A program made the translations under genes and the position numbers. From positions 1-25,941 of IMG/VR virus record IMGVR_UViG_3300005805_000426: a stretch of 25,941 nt of DNA; one strand, given 5' to 3'. Below the pieces are notes generated by a model that had not been told where the DNA came from, did no database searches, and worked only from the letters and a program-made list of their open reading frames with translations. Source of the DNA: a virus. Lineage: Duplodnaviria > Caudoviricetes. Below, piece after piece: positions 25,654 through 25,941 of the stretch; position 1 is the first letter of the stretch, and the number at the start of each line of letters is the position of its first letter.

Positions 25654-25941
25654 TTATAATTCGGTCTTCACGGGGAACGTCATCCAGCCGACGGATGTTT
25701 CCTATAGGGAAATAAATTTAACGGCAGATCTTCAATTAGAGTGGCCTATTAATGGCACATCAACTAATGATGCGGCTGCTCGGATTATGGAAGTTCTTCC
25801 AGATCAAGCTGGTTGGACTATTTCAATGCCACCTGCAAATCAAACATCTGTAGGTCAGGATGCTTTGTTTAGGAATATTGGCGCTGATTCTTTCAATGTA
25901 GTTGATTACGATGGCAATGCAATTATTACTATTGCTGCTGG
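25646..25941 (+). CDS. 5' part of a putative virion/tail protein (MPSYNSVFTGNVIQPTDVSY...), truncated by the window edge
   Basis: GAGGT RBS at 25636-25640; ATG 25646 overlaps the endonuclease end; frame open to the end of the window. Confidence 0.7.
   Translation, partial: MPSYNSVFTGNVIQPTDVSYREINLTADLQLEWPINGTSTNDAAARIMEVLPDQAGWTISMPPANQTSVGQDALFRNIGADSFNVVDYDGNAIITIAA

Overview
The window is a 26-kb, densely packed, all plus-strand virion-morphogenesis region of a tailed dsDNA phage, probably podovirus-like. Gene order: portal, two small ORFs, a GroES-like co-chaperonin, putative scaffold, putative capsid cement and major capsid protein; a free-standing EndoVII/HNH endonuclease; a beta-helix protein; a cluster of Lys/Gly/Met-rich small proteins; an adaptor-like protein and tail fibres; three tandem paralogues, each with seven 43-aa repeats, followed by a glycosyltransferase-methyltransferase fusion; a lysis module; a second adaptor-like protein; a GIY-YIG/NUMOD3 homing endonuclease; and the start of another virion gene. 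The main unexplained signals are: (1) a 21-unit repeat repertoire with a constant scaffold, three hypervariable slots and codon evidence of shuffling between genes; (2) a recurrent [MFYL]xxGGx[VI] motif across unrelated head-region proteins, one pair sharing a duplicated 88-bp tail cassette; (3) a promoter embedded in an RBS-sequestering hairpin ahead of the EndoVII gene. All product calls come from motif recognition and synteny; no searches were run. No tRNA, rRNA, CRISPR array, integrase or reverse transcriptase was seen.
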